This document shows, piece after piece, positions 23,315-37,100 of a stretch of DNA of 64,000 nt. A program made the position numbers and the translations under genes. A model generated the notes under the pieces. That model made no database searches. It was not told the DNA's origin and saw nothing but the letters and a program-made list of their open reading frames with translations. The DNA lies in the NCBI GenBank assembly GCA_010909165.1, contig MU008175.1, forward strand, positions 372,001 to 436,000, in the 5' to 3' direction. The DNA comes from Anthoceros angustus. Lineage: Eukaryota > Plantae > Anthocerotophyta. Positions within the stretch are counted from its first letter, which is position 1. The number at the start of each line of letters is the position of its first letter.

Positions 23315-24170
23315 TTGTCTCTTCTTTCTTGCGTGCAAAGGATGCAAGCTACGCAATTTTTTGAGTCTTCAATGAGCTTTCTCCAAAATCCCATGAACAC
23401 CTCCATCGGATTGGTGTGATTAGGTGTCAAGATATGCTCATCCACCCCTCATGGTGCGCCAACCTCTCTGCAGCTCAAGCTAACAACCGTAGGTGTCACG
23501 ATGGCTGACAGTTCCGGCAATGCCTTTGGTGAGCATTGATTGCCGTGGCCAGTTTAGCGTTGTAGGCTAAGCGCAAAGCACTCTGGAAAAGAGGATTAGG
23601 CGTAGCCACCGTTGCCATGAGATCCACCTGGTGCGCCTCATACTGGTCCAAAGCCTCATCTGCTAGGTACCCAGCCAACTGCTCAAACATGTATAAATGA
23701 TTGTATGCCGAACCATGTTTGAACTTCACTCGGCTGATCATGCCATTGATAAACAGCTTGAAATCTCGCAATGTCTCGATTACTGGCAGAATCTCTCATA
23801 TATACGTATGATGGTCCTCCTCCTCCATAATGTATGCAGATCCACAGATAATGAGGTACATCCAGAAATCTGTTGCCGTTCTTGGGGCTGTCCGAAAGAG
23901 ATGCTCTGATGGATGCTCTTCTTCTTCGAATGAGTGCTTGACGCTAGCGAAATTTGTAGTGACAAGGGTGACCAATTAGTCAGACTTGTGGCTTGGCGAG
24001 GGTGTTGGAGGCGAATCTTCATAGCGTCATACGCCCTTCTAGCTGCCTCACAGCTGCCCACCTCCTCCTTGCGTGCACTCGCTCAGGAGCAATCCTGCTG
24101 GGAATGTCCCGGGTTCGGAGTCGGAGGACTGGTCTCATGCTCCTCAGGTTGCATTCCCCCATGAACACGC
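23315..24170 (-). pseudogene. 5' half of host Gypsy element 1 gag (copy 1)
   Basis: RDFKLFINGMISRVKFKHGSAYNHLYMFEQLAGYL..., homologous to element 2 gag; joins 1578 in frame when the DNA transposon is removed. Confidence 0.75.
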
Positions 24171-25289
24171 ATATGTCGATTCTTGTTTTGTTTTGTTGTT
24201 ATAAACTTAGATCATGGAATGAGAGTGACCGACGCTACTTAGCATGGTTTGGAAGGTGTGTCATGTGTCACTAAAGTGCATAGCTGGATGGTATTATATG
24301 GCACATGACCGGGCCGATATCGATGTCATCACGATGACCGCATGCCGCGATATGTAGGCATAAGCGGTTCTAGGTTAATTCGCATGTGGGTATAAATGCG
24401 CGTATGTAAAACACGATTAGGTCAATGGTGTGCGTGCGTGAATAGGGCCAGAGATTTAGGCTTTTGGTTGAGAATCCGCGCATGAATGATGATGCGAACA
24501 AAGTTACCGAGAAGTGATGAGCGGAGCGAATCAGCAGCTGGCGAGATGGAGACGGATGAGACGGGGACGAGCTTAAGAGGTCCCGTGTTGGTAGCCGAGT
24601 CACAGAGAGTCTCAATGCGAAAGCGCGGTCGCGAGCATCGGGCCGAGCAATGGCTCACGATTGTCATTCTTTTCTATGCAATTCATCCGTTGGAACAATA
24701 GGTTGCATGATCGAGTGAGCATGAGTCCACACTCGCATTGATGATGCGCGCGCTTTTTGTGGACTAGGGAACTCCACTCAACTCGAGCGGATGCGGCATT
24801 TAGCTCGAACCTCTCGAATGAGGTCCGACAATTATGTCGTGATTCTTGTTTTGTTTTGTTGTTATAAACTTAGACCGGAATGAGAGTGACCGACGCTACC
24901 GACTTAGCATGGTTTGGAAGGTGTGTTGCGATGTGTCACTAAAGTGCATGGTTGTAGCTGGATGGTATGCACGGCACATGATCGTCAGATCGGCGTCATC
25001 ACGACATATGTCATCTCTATCCCTTGGTAGGTTGGAGGAATCGATTTTTGAGACAAGAGGGTCGTCAGATGTGTCACCAACCATCCGGATGATGCTATGT
25101 ATAGTCATGTGACTAGCGTGATCAAAACAGGAAAGTGCCGGTATGGATGCATTATTAGTGATCGCATCGCAAGCCCTAAATGTGCACATGCTCTAAATGT
25201 GCAAACGCGGCAAAAGGGTGTCCCCGAATCAGGCTAGTGCTTTAGGACTCAAAACCGCTCAAGATTGGAGCAAAGGGGAGTTTCCATCG

Positions 25290-28220
25290 GCTAACATCTT
25301 GTAGAATATACTGTGTCGCTTTCAAACTTTCCCCAAGGAGAATGGGCTACAATGAACGATTTCGAATGTGTCTTGCACTTCCCTTCTCAAACAGAAAATG
25401 AGGATACACCTATGCGCACTTTTAACATTCAAGTGCAATCTACTCTCCTTCTAAATTGACGCCGTCATCTTCGTAGGTTCGGCATCATCACCGCCATCTT
25501 CACTCCTGTGCCACTTTGACTTGGGTTGTATGAAGCCCGCAATTCATTCAAATTTTGTCCTTGATTGCCTTCTTGTCTACCGATACAGATGTTTCCGAGA
25601 ATTCAAGGTGAAACCATAATACAAGATGACGGTTTTGTACATAAACTTCGAATATTTTTAGGTTCAACCCTTCGACCCCTTTTCCGGTTTGTTGCTTGGC
25701 TGCATCTCCTCAATTATGTATTCTTCAACGTCTACCCTCAAACGCATCTGTGCTCTGCCTCATCAAAGGAACAAGTAAGTGAGGTGGGTCATCAAACAAA
25801 CCGTCAATCACCTTCCCAATCCAAAATGGTCTCATAGCGTGTCCTACGGGGAACGCAATGAACATGCCCTTATTTATTTCCAACACATCACCATTCAAAC
25901 GTGTCATTCCCTCCTTGTCTTTCCAAGTTTTGGTATCGTCCCAAATACATATCTCGTTGTGGAAGGTCCTCAACAACGCCTGTAATAAAGCTTCATCATC
26001 AAGTCGCAGAGGTTGGGTCACATTTACTTCTGGACCTCGAATACCACTTCCAAGGATGTGGAGGACGAGCCCAATGTTGTTTTGAACAATAACAAGAATC
26101 TCTTGTTGGTCCACCCGTAAAGCTTCCCACCATTTGTATTCCTCCGATGTCACATAAGGCCTAAGGGCCAAAGACCTTCCTTCAAATGAGCCACACCATC
26201 CGTAGGTGATAAGTCTCGCCAACTTTCCTTTTCTATCCCTTGACCGAGGGCGGTTAAGGAGCCGCCAAGATTGTGTCCAACCACGAATGTCAAAAACTCC
26301 AACCCGCCTCCCAATAGGCGATGTGGAATACGCTTGCTCGATGATGCATACAAACCCACGGTCACCTTTGGCTTCTCTCGTAATTTTGAATTGTGCCGGA
26401 AAGAGAGTTGTTTAATTTTTGTAGCGTGTCCACCTTCCCTTGCCTTATGGGCCAAACATATGACCGGAAGTCCGAACTTCACCAATATCTTCACCTCCAG
26501 GAGTGTACGCACTAATCAAAATCTCGATGCGGTGAAGAGTGTGAGCTTCCTTGTTTTTAAGCTTTTGAAAAGCATGAAAACATTTGGTCGATTTGATCAT
26601 GCGATGCCCCACCAACAAAACCCCACTTTCACCTTTTCAAACGTCCCCATGTCCACGAGCATGTTGAGATATGCAAACAAGATTGATTCTTGTTCTCTCT
26701 CGCAGTGTTGTCCAATTGCAAATATAACACTTTCGGCAATACTCCTTCGTAGTTATGAATAACATCCTGGATGATGGTAATCGAGATTGGCATCATTCAA
26801 GTTCGCATAATGCAAGTAAGCTCTTGCCTTAAACGTAATTGTGGATCATGCACCCAACCACATGAACTCGAATACGACTCCTCATCCAAGTTCTTTGGCC
26901 ATCAAGTAGATGGGAATCTCCGTCTTCTTTGGTCCATTCCATCGATTGAAAGTAGAAGGTACATATGTGGTTCTACATAACTCTTGCTCCCGTGTTTCGC
27001 CATCTTCACCGCTCGATGTAACCGCAAACGATGGGCATCTAAAGCCGCTTGATATTTTTTGCTCGAAAACATACACACCGTCGTACATTTGAAGAGACAT
27101 CCTAGATATGAAGGACCCTCCTATCGACAAGACATCGCTGGGGCGACGCCCGCCCCAAATCAACGGAGGAAGAACCTTCATGTTCCGTCCTAGCGCATTT
27201 GCGTCAATTGTCGTTGGCGTACACGAGCAACCACAATGCCATGCTCGGCTTTTGGTTATGGAGGCCCGGGCGCCCACCACATGTATAAATTGTAGGGTGA
27301 CCTGTATGGTCCTTCGCCATGTGGGCCTTGGTATCCTCGCCGATGGTTTTATGGTTAAAAGAGCACTGAGGTGGGGCGCACGGCCCCCATCTCCGTGGGG
27401 CTCTTCAACGCACCATAGGGTTCTTGGCCTCCCCGGGCCCCGGCCCCACCACATGTCTGGCCTCTCGGGTTTCATCCCAAGGGTTTGCATATGGGGACGG
27501 GGCCGACCCATCCCATCATACAAAGATCGAAGACCTTATAGGATCTTGCCCATAAAGCCTCGAGTTCAAAAACAACCATTCCCCACTCAAGAAAACCATT
27601 TCCATAAGTTCCCATGCATGTCAACCAGCCCTCACGAAAGTGGTAACAATTACCTTGATCGGATTTAGGATCGGTTCCTAATTGTGCTCTTCAGACACAC
27701 AGAGTGAGCACGTGGAAAACCCGTTGATTTTGGTATTTTCACTCTTGGGAAGTTGCTTTTCCATAACTTCAAGAACCATGGATATTTCACATAGAGGATC
27801 CCAGAGGTTTCGAGGTTTTTGTCACCAGACATACTCCATATTTCCAACCTTGTGTATGTGTCCGGAAGGTTGAAGACCTCCACGCTCGGTACCGCCTACC
27901 ATCATTAGAAATGTCTTATCCATCTGTGATATCGCTCCCAACTGCATAAGAAGACTGTGGTTTGGGTTAGGCTCGAAACCATCCCACGGGCATTCAAATG
28001 ATTCGCTTCGGGCCTCATATCTCAAGTAGCCCTATGAAATATACTCTTCTAAATGCCTTCAAGCAGCAACAGACGGAATGGACCCCAAAATGTGTGTGCA
28101 TACTTACCTTTCACATCCCCCTCCGCCAACCAAGGACTCTAGAAATGTCTCTTGCTCGCCCATCCTTAGGAATCGGTACCTGCCCGAAACTTTTCTTTAA
28201 TCACCTTCAAGCACACATTT
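25290..28220 (-). CDS. Sola-like transposase, copy 2
   Basis: Same motifs as 10560-13460 (FLKLWKSNFPRVKIPK; IDGMDQ; LYLQLDN). Confidence 0.7.
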
Positions 28221-31200
28221 GATTGTGTGGACTACGGACTCGGGGTTAGAAATTAGGTAGGATTTTGTTTTTGGGAGCGAAGGACAAAATGAGGCGAAAA
28301 GGAGGAAATAAGCCCTGCTAGCACTGACGACTGAGTATACTCCGACCGGAGTGAGGAACGACTAGACCTACGATGGCGGCGTGCACAAGGTAACGGGTAA
28401 GTCCGACCCACCTGTGACCGTGATAAGTACGCCAGGAAAGTAACTTAGAAGTTGGGAAGGACGACTAGGCGACGCCACGTGGACGACCCCGAGTGGAGGA
28501 CGGCATGCGCCGGTCAGACCGTGAACCTGCTGTGAGGTCTATAGTATTCACGCCCGCGCGCGGCGAGGGGCCGCAGTACGCGCAGTAAGGCCGAGTACGC
28601 TGGCAACAGAGGCCGCAGTAAGCCATGCACTGCGCCACGGACAGTGGAAGAGGCGCCCCGCCGCATTCCCGGCGTGGTCGCAAGAAGGTCATTTCACGCC
28701 ACCGAGACACCGCGATCCTCGCGCCCGCAACCGCCTCCGCGGTATCTCGGGACACTGACGCCTCGCGCGCTCACCGCTGAGGTCGAGCAAGAACGCGAAG
28801 AAGGCAACGTGCCAGCCTCGGCTGCCAAGAACCAAGGGAGGAGAAGGCGATGGCACCCAAAAGCCCTGGAAGTTTGGGAGCCATGGAACCTTGTGGAGCG
28901 CAACATTGTGACCCGCGCTATCCGGACTTTGGGCTCGCCCGTGAAGCGGAGAATTGGTGCAGGAGTGGCATTTGGATGTGTTCCATGGTCCGACATTTGA
29001 CAGTCACTGTCCGGGAGTTTGCCCTAAGATGTCAAGCGGTCAATAAGGAGGTGCGGTCCAAGAACCTCCGGGAGGACCCAAGGCGATGGACCTTGAGGTC
29101 CCAAGGCGCCTACAACCGCCCCAAGGAGGAAGAGGGGAGGGTGCCGAGCCCTCAAGGCGAAGGGGAAGATAGGCCCACAGTGGCGTTAAGGCTCGACGCA
29201 ACGACCACCAACGGTTGGTCGATATCCGACCTGGATGAGGCCGTATGGCGGTGGCCCGGATCATCGTCCATCGAACCTACTCACCAAGGTGGATCACCTT
29301 GGTGATAATCTATTGGTGTTCCCCGCACGCGCCGCAATGGGAAGAGGGCGACCGGGAAGGATTATCTTCGCTTAGCCAGAGGCTCGAAGCTCAGACCGAG
29401 AAGCCTTCGCCATTCTGGGCCGCCCCCATACCGATCCATGTATGGGGGCATTTCTCCTCAAGGAAGGAGAGCTTGAGCGAGCGCCCGAAAGGACCGAGGC
29501 CCCCGAAGTGGAGCGGCAAGGGCGCCGAGGGAGGAGGCCTCGAAAACCAAACGGACTGGAGGAGGACGATCGAGGATTCCTGACCCATACGCTGAACGGA
29601 CCCCTCACCACCTGTGGAAGTATGGGAAGCACCCCGCCTCCTTCCGTGCCCCAACCGTAATGCCCAAGCAGAAGCGCCTGACCCCAGCCACCGCCATCAC
29701 TCCCCGAGGAGCCCGCCGACTGTGAGAGAGCCAAGAAACGCAAGACCACTTACCAACGCTGCACCCCGGCCAAGATTCTTCCCCGCCGAGTGGCAAGAAG
29801 TGAGGAAGCAGAAGGAGGTAGGACGCCTGTGGAGTGAGGACACCGGCAGCAGATCCAGAGCCGGGTCCTGCCGGCTGTGAAGGGGCAAAGGGCGTGCTCC
29901 TGACTCCATCACCTCCGCCGAGCCCTGTGGAGGAAAAGGGCGGAGAAGGAGCTCGCGCCAAAAGGGCCAAGGAGGGGAAGCCCGAGCCAAGACTGACCTA
30001 AGGGTCCCGATTGTCCGAGAACCCCCGACTTGCTCCCGGATCGATGGAGGTCCTGACGACCGTGAGATGCCGGCCCCGCCACGGACTTTGTGGGAGCCTC
30101 ACTCAGCAGCCGGCCGTGGAGGAAACACGGCGGGGTCCTGCTACCGCCATGGACGGATGCCTGGGGTCTGGGCGGATGGCCGAGAAGGCCTGTGGAGGTG
30201 AAGCCACCCGAGGCGCATGGTACTCCAGCAGCTGAGGGAGCCCAGAGGAAGGAAGGCCAAGCTCCCAGGATTGAGGAAGGAAACGCCGGAGGCGGAGAGG
30301 GGAGGTCCGTCCATCCGCAAGGACCGGACTAAATTCCTTCACCGAGGAACAAGGGCCAAGGAGGCCCAAGCGCGGCGGAGGACCTCCGCAGTGAGGGGCG
30401 AGCGCAGAAGCAGAGGACGCCCGGCGCAAGCGAACGGGCGCGGATCTCGCGAGGCACTGACCGACCAGAGCCAAGCGAGAGGCTGTGTGAAGGTGGCCAA
30501 GGAGGCGGAGGCCACGGCGGGCCGATCGCGATCACCATCCGTGATCGAACCGGAGGAGGCGGCCGAGAGAGCCACGCCAATCAAGGCCGAGCAAGTGGTC
30601 AAGGAGCACCGAGCCGTGAGGAGGCATCGGAGGCCAGCACCCGGGAGATTGGGGACCCTGTGGTGCACTGCAGGAGGTAGAAGGGCAGGAGCCGGAGGAC
30701 AAAGGACACCTTGGAGTTGCAACCCAAGATGCACGGAAAGCAGGGGTTCTCAACGAGAATCCAAGACTTCGAGCGAGAGGTAGAACGCCCAGCCCGCTTG
30801 AAGACGGAGGAGAATAGGCGGCGGCAAGGAGTTCGACGCGCAAGGTTGCAGCAGGATGTGGCGAAGCCGTGAGCCTGACGGGATACCCGGAGAAGGAAGT
30901 GGAGGACCTCCGGAAAGAATAGACGAAGGGGAAGAAAGCACTGGAGGAAAGGCCAGCTTGCTCGTCCGGCAGGAAGGTAAGGGAGCTCACCCATGGCCCG
31001 CAAATCAAGTGAGTCAACAACGACGGAGGAGGAGAACGCCGAGCAGCAAGGTTGCAAGAGGTAACTGAGGCAGCCTTGACGGCCTCAAGGGAGTCCGCCT
31101 ACCATCCGTAAGCTTGGCCACGGAGACGGCGCCAGGTGGGCGATCCGCCTGCCACGGAGCACCTGAGGAGGGAGTACCGGTGCCCGGCTCATGTAGGAGG

Positions 31201-34149
31201 CGATTCAAGTCGATTCCGACCGCCTACTACCACGCAGAGCTCCTCAAGGCTCGAGGTCCCGCGCCACCCCAGTGGAGGGTGGACTTCCAAGGGATGGAAG
31301 GAGGAGCGAGAGGACGACCCGGGACAAGACAACCGCTGGAGTCCTAGGAGCGCCTGCTTGACGACGGCAGCAGCAGCGAGGGAGAGCAGGAGGAACCGGA
31401 GGAGGAAGGGTCGCCACACCGGAGGTAAGACCCAAGACCTCGCATGGAAGGACGAGGGAGGATCTTGAGAGGAAGGGAAAGGGTGCAACCGGCATTCGGG
31501 AACCAAGGGAGGGCTCATGGATGAACCCGTGACCAGCGAGGAGGCATGCCCAGAGTTCGAGGGTCCTGACTTTGTCCGGACTGAGGAAAGGCCGATCCCG
31601 AGGTCCGCCTCAAGGAAGTCCGACTTAGGGATCCAGACTCAGTGACGATCCGGACCCCGAGGTCCGGACCCTGGGAAGGGTTGGGTCCAAGACCGACCTG
31701 TGAGGCAAGTCCCCCCGAGGACCTGACTCAAAGAAGGCCGGCCTGGAGACCGACTAGGGGAAGACTGACCTAGAGGTCCTGACCGAGTCGAGACAGGTCC
31801 CGAGGTCCAAACTGGGAGTGGGGAGAGCCACCACCACCAAGCAGATCCAGCTTGAGGGCCCACCCGCCAGAGAGAGAAGAGGGAGGACGAGGAAGACTTG
31901 GTGGTATTGTCGCGCCGCCGCGCCTGGCAACCCCTGAAGAGGAAGGGCCTCACCGCGATCATCCGACAGGCGCCACATGGCTCGGCTGGGCCAAGAAGGA
32001 ATCAGGGGCTATCCCACCCCCACCACCGACGGCGATAGTGAATAGGTGGTAGTAGGCTCGGTTAGGCACACCGAAATGGGCCCTCACCGTAATAGAAATA
32101 AAGGCCCGACCCGAGTATAAGAGGGCTAAGGCCGCCAATAAATCATCTTTCTCTTGGTGTTGATGCCGCTCTGCGCACCTTGTGTGTCTTCTTGCTAACG
32201 TGAGTCCCGAGTCGAAAGGTGCACGGCCCCGGGAGATTGACTGTGGTCCCGTGACGACCTAACGCGTTGTGTGGTGTGGGAAGGGTGATCGGTGACCCGT
32301 GCTCGCCGGAGCCGCACCAAAGACCGAACGGATCGAACGTGGAGCCGGAGGAACTCCGGAGGGCGGCAGAGCCTGGACGGAGAGGCCCCATGAACGACGA
32401 GGAGGTCCGACCGTAACCCGCGCCTTTTCCTAAGAGATGAGTGTAGCGTGAGTGGAGAGAGGAAAGGATCGAAGTGTGAGTGACTAATGTGAACGATACG
32501 ACGCAACGGGTCCCTAAGCGTTTAGCCATACCGGCCTGACGGTGAACGCTAGAAGTTAGGAGTATGTGTGCGTTGAGGCTGAGCAGGCGCTAAGTGCGGT
32601 AGGAATCACACAACGCGTGGAGCCTATCATTCCCTTGAGAGCGGATTCTTCCTACGACGACGAGTTATGTGGCGGGCCATCGGTGAAATCGCCACAGTTC
32701 AACATGGTTTTGAAATCCGCGTCACCTCTCCTTCACTTTTCTTCAATGTGACACCATGCGCGTCTCCGTTGGTGCAATGCTTTGCTCGCTTGCCGATCGG
32801 CGTCTCACCAGCGGCTTGGGATGGAGCAGGCCGGCGGTGCAGTGTGAAGTGGTGACTTCATCTTCCCTGAGGGTCTGTGGCTCCCCGCCTGGGAGGTCTT
32901 CTACCGTGACCACCATCAAACAATCCCTGCAACAGTGGTCCATTCTCACGCAGCTTGAGGATGAGGACTCGAAGGATCCGGGAGGCGGTAGATGGGCTCC
33001 CCTCAATGGTCACAGATAGATGAATTCGCGGGTGTGAGGCACACCCGCTGCATGTTTGGTGACGCCAAGTGTCGACGCCTCGGTGCAGAGCCTACATGGG
33101 CGGTGCCAACAAAGACTTAACAAGCTATCTGACTTGCTCTTCCAAAAGTGCGAAAAGCTGGCAACCACAACAAACCTTCATGTGGAGGACTCCGCGGGTA
33201 TTGCACCGGAATATGTGAACTTGGAGGAGCGTTCAAGATAGCGAGCCTCTTCCTACTGCGGACAATGTCTCCATTCCTTTGGAATTGCGAGGGGGCCAGG
33301 TCCTCCACTTGAACCTCCTGCGCCCCAGGCATGGTCTTTACACAAGTTGCATACTGTATCATGAATGGTATGCAGGGAAATGACAATGGCGAAACAAGAC
33401 CAACCTCATCTCCCGCAGGCGTGTGCATCAAATGCAACATCGCACGCACTTATCGCAATGCGCAAGAGAGCAAAGCACAAGACTTTGCAGCACCGTAGTG
33501 GCTAGCGGATATCGACTCCCTCCACGCTTTGCTATGTATGGTCGGACGGCCCTCGCATCCCCAGTGCCACCGCCTAAGAGGTTGATGGGATTGCCTCGAA
33601 ATAAGTGCGGACAATGAAGTGTGGCACAGGATTATGTAACGGAAAATCCAAGCATAATTGCAGCCACGGCGAAAAGTTGATGGCGGCGGGCCAGTCTAAA
33701 ATAGTAAGCTCGGTCAAAATTGAGTTTAAGGTAGCGGGTTATTTTAGAGAAACACGGTTATGAAAACCATTTGGGGTTATGGAAGAAAACCCTACTTTTA
33801 CGTCGCTTGATTCTCGTTAAGGCCTCCTCTTTTGAACTTAAGGGCTACCGTTTGCAAGGCCGGTGGGAGTTCATGTCCGCGATTTCGAGCGCAACACCTC
33901 GGATGTGCGCTTCTTTTGTCCGACCACCACCACCGCCATGCGCATCTTTGGAGTGAGGCGCCACACCGCGCTCGCCCGCCCTAGACCGCCGCAGCTCGGG
34001 TTGGGCGCAACTTTGCCGGGTGAGCGCAAGCTAGATGACGGCGCCAAGCTCTTGAGGCGGGCGATCTTGAGCAGTGAGTTAGCGGTCACCGGCTTTGTGC
34101 ATCTCTTTGTGATTACGGAGTGGGGTTGCCTTGAATTGCGAGATTGAAG

Positions 34150-37100
34150 ATGGCAAGCGGCGGGAGCAAGAAGGACCAGCCTTTGGAGGAATATGACCGC
34201 CCGCCATGCGCGAAGAGAAGGCCGAGAGGAGGCTCAAAGGCGAGAGCACACCGCCCACGGCGGACATCGGAGGCACCTCCATCCAGCTCTCCGGCTGGAG
34301 ACATCTTGCCATCCGAAGCCATGCTCCAACAGCGGAGGGGGGGGCAGCATTCTTCGGGGGGGCAAGCAAAATCGGGCAGCGCATCCTCTGCCAAAATCAG
34401 TTCCACAAAGGTTGCTGGAGAGCAAGGGACGAAGAAGGTTGGTAAGAGCGAAACAACCTATTCCAGTCCCGATTCCGTCACCTTACAGCTATGAGGAGAC
34501 TGTCCATATCAGGCGTGTATCTGGGCAGCTCGACAATGTTGTTGTTGTGGAGAAGGACTGGATGCTTGTGCAGGATCCACAGCCTACGGCCGCAATGCGC
34601 CTTGGACCCCTTTGTTGAAGTTGTGGATCATGGGGTATAGGGGGCTCGCCAAAATCGAGAGCAAGAGCGGGTTGTTTGGGCTACTTTGGACTTCAATGAA
34701 GGGAGCGAGTTCACTTTTTGTGCACCACAAAGGCATACCAAGATGAGGAAGTTTCCCGGGATCCGCGTTTATACAAGTCTCTTGTTCTTAGCACGAAAGG
34801 GTTTCACTGGAAGAAGTGTGCACCTCGTGGCCTTGTTGAAGATTTCCGCGATTCCATGAGGCGGTAAGTATTGCCCGGGCGCATTCCTTCGCAGTTCTTC
34901 ACATGTGAGAGTCAACGACATTGTGGATATGTTTTTCCTACCATCTTCCGTGCACCACTAGTTGCGAGGGCACTCATACGAGCTATCTGCGAAAAGATTA
35001 CACAAACTATGAGGGCCCACAAGAGGGAAATGTCTATGCGTCGAGCCCAAGCCTCCATACTGAACGGTGATGTGGTGGAAGGTATGGAAGAAGATCATGA
35101 GGAGAGTGAGCTTGGCCCATCGACGAGGAAGATGGGCTTTACCCTTAGTCAAGCGCATTCGACAAGGATCCGGGGCACAGGGCGACAGAGATGCCGAGGA
35201 CCTTCCCAATCTTCAAACTCCGACTCCTTCCGTTATGGTTCCCACCATGCAATATGACCCGGATGCGCGGCGGGCGCCGCGCCTAGTCATCTTCGTTCCC
35301 CAAGAGCGCCGGATCCGGGGTTTTAGATTCAAGGAAGGTGCGGTGGTTTGGGGCGGCCGTGGCCCGGCTGAATCCTCCCACCACAGGCAAAGAGAGCATG
35401 GCACCGGGTCGAGGCAGTTGGTCCACGGAGAAAAGGACATGGCGGATGCGGGGATGTGGGTATGGAGGCCGAGGGCGCGGGGCGCCCTCCTCAACCTTCA
35501 TGCCCACGCAGCACCTCGAGTGGCGCAGGGCAAGGGAAGTGCGGCACCGCACACATGAGGACGGAGAATTGGGAAGGAAAACCAAAAGGCAAAGAAGGGT
35601 GGAAGAGAAGATGCCATGGGAGGGACATAACCACGGTTCATATTCAAACCGACGAGGAAAGGTTGGAAGAGGCTATGAGGATGCGATCCATTGACTCGCT
35701 TAAGGGATTGCATACTCGAAGAAGGTGGTGCAGAAGCAGTGTTAGTGAAGTTGGAGAACTTGAGACCGGCGCGCATATTCTCGGAGGGTTGATGAGGCTT
35801 GGGCAAACTATCTTGCCCGTGTTATAGCGAAGGCGGATAGAGGAGGGAGTTCGCCTCTTTTGTGTATGATTGATCCGAGTGTCTTGATCCGAGCAAAATT
35901 TGGAAGCAATGGCGTGCAAAGAAGTATGTCATGGGAGTTCTTGGTGGTAACCACACCCTCGCGCTATGAAGCACTTATCGGATATCTCACCCGGAAAGAA
36001 GCGGTTCCAATATGTTGAAGCACATGTGTATTGTGGGCTTCTTGTGCATGAGATGCGGTGCTTGCACAGATCACAATATGATGTCCGAGAAGAAGATGAA
36101 CTTTATAGAGCAAGTCGGTATTTAAGGGACGAGTTGATCATCGCAAAGAGGGAAGAAGTGCAAATGACCATGTCCGAAATACAACTGCATAAAGTCCTAG
36201 GTTTGATTGAAGGCGATGAAGGGCGGGACGACGTGTACAAGGAACAAAGTGGACAATCGGACCCACATTCATGTATTGCTAAGCGGGATGGGAAGGTGTG
36301 GGAGAATGTGGACAAGATTTTTCCAAATGGGAAGCGGAGAGCTTCGAGCGGAAGAAACACGTTCTGCGGACAAGCAAGAAAGGGAAAGGCAAGCTGGCGG
36401 ATGACCAAGCGTTGATAGTGTGTACGTCAAGCCTAGAGACATGTTGGCCAAGCCACGGAAATCTTTTCGTGGAATACCGATTGGAGTGTGGCCAAATCGA
36501 TAAGCGCCACCGAGAAGGTGTTAATGTGATAGATCCGAAGGGGATGGAGGAAGAGATCACACTGGAAAAATTTCATATCATACAAGTAGCAATGGTGAAG
36601 CATCTCGCCGTCATTTGAAGAGGTGCGAGGAGTATCCTTTACATTCTACGGACAATATGCTAGCACGATTCCAAACGACCTTCTCCGGAAAGGTATGTCC
36701 GCATCGAGTTTTCGTCATATTGAACAGGTGGGGTGATGCGGGCCGCCGGCGCCTCCTCAACCTTCATGCCCGCAGTGACCTCAGTGGCGGCGCAGGCAAG
36801 GGAAGTGCGGCGTAGCACACACAGTGAGGACGGAGGTGGGAAGGAAAACCAAGAAGGCAAAGAAGGGTGGAAGAGAAGATGCCATAGGAGGGGACATAAC
36901 CACAGTTCATATTCAAACCGACGAGGAAAGGTTGGAAGAGGCTATGAGGGATGCAGATCCATTGACTCGCTTAAGGGATTCTGCATACTCGAAGAAGGTG
37001 GTGCAGGAAACAGTGTTAGTGAAGTTGGAGAACTTGAGGCCGGCAGCGCATATTACTCCAGAGGGTTGATGAGGCTTGGGCAAACTATCTTGCCCGTGTT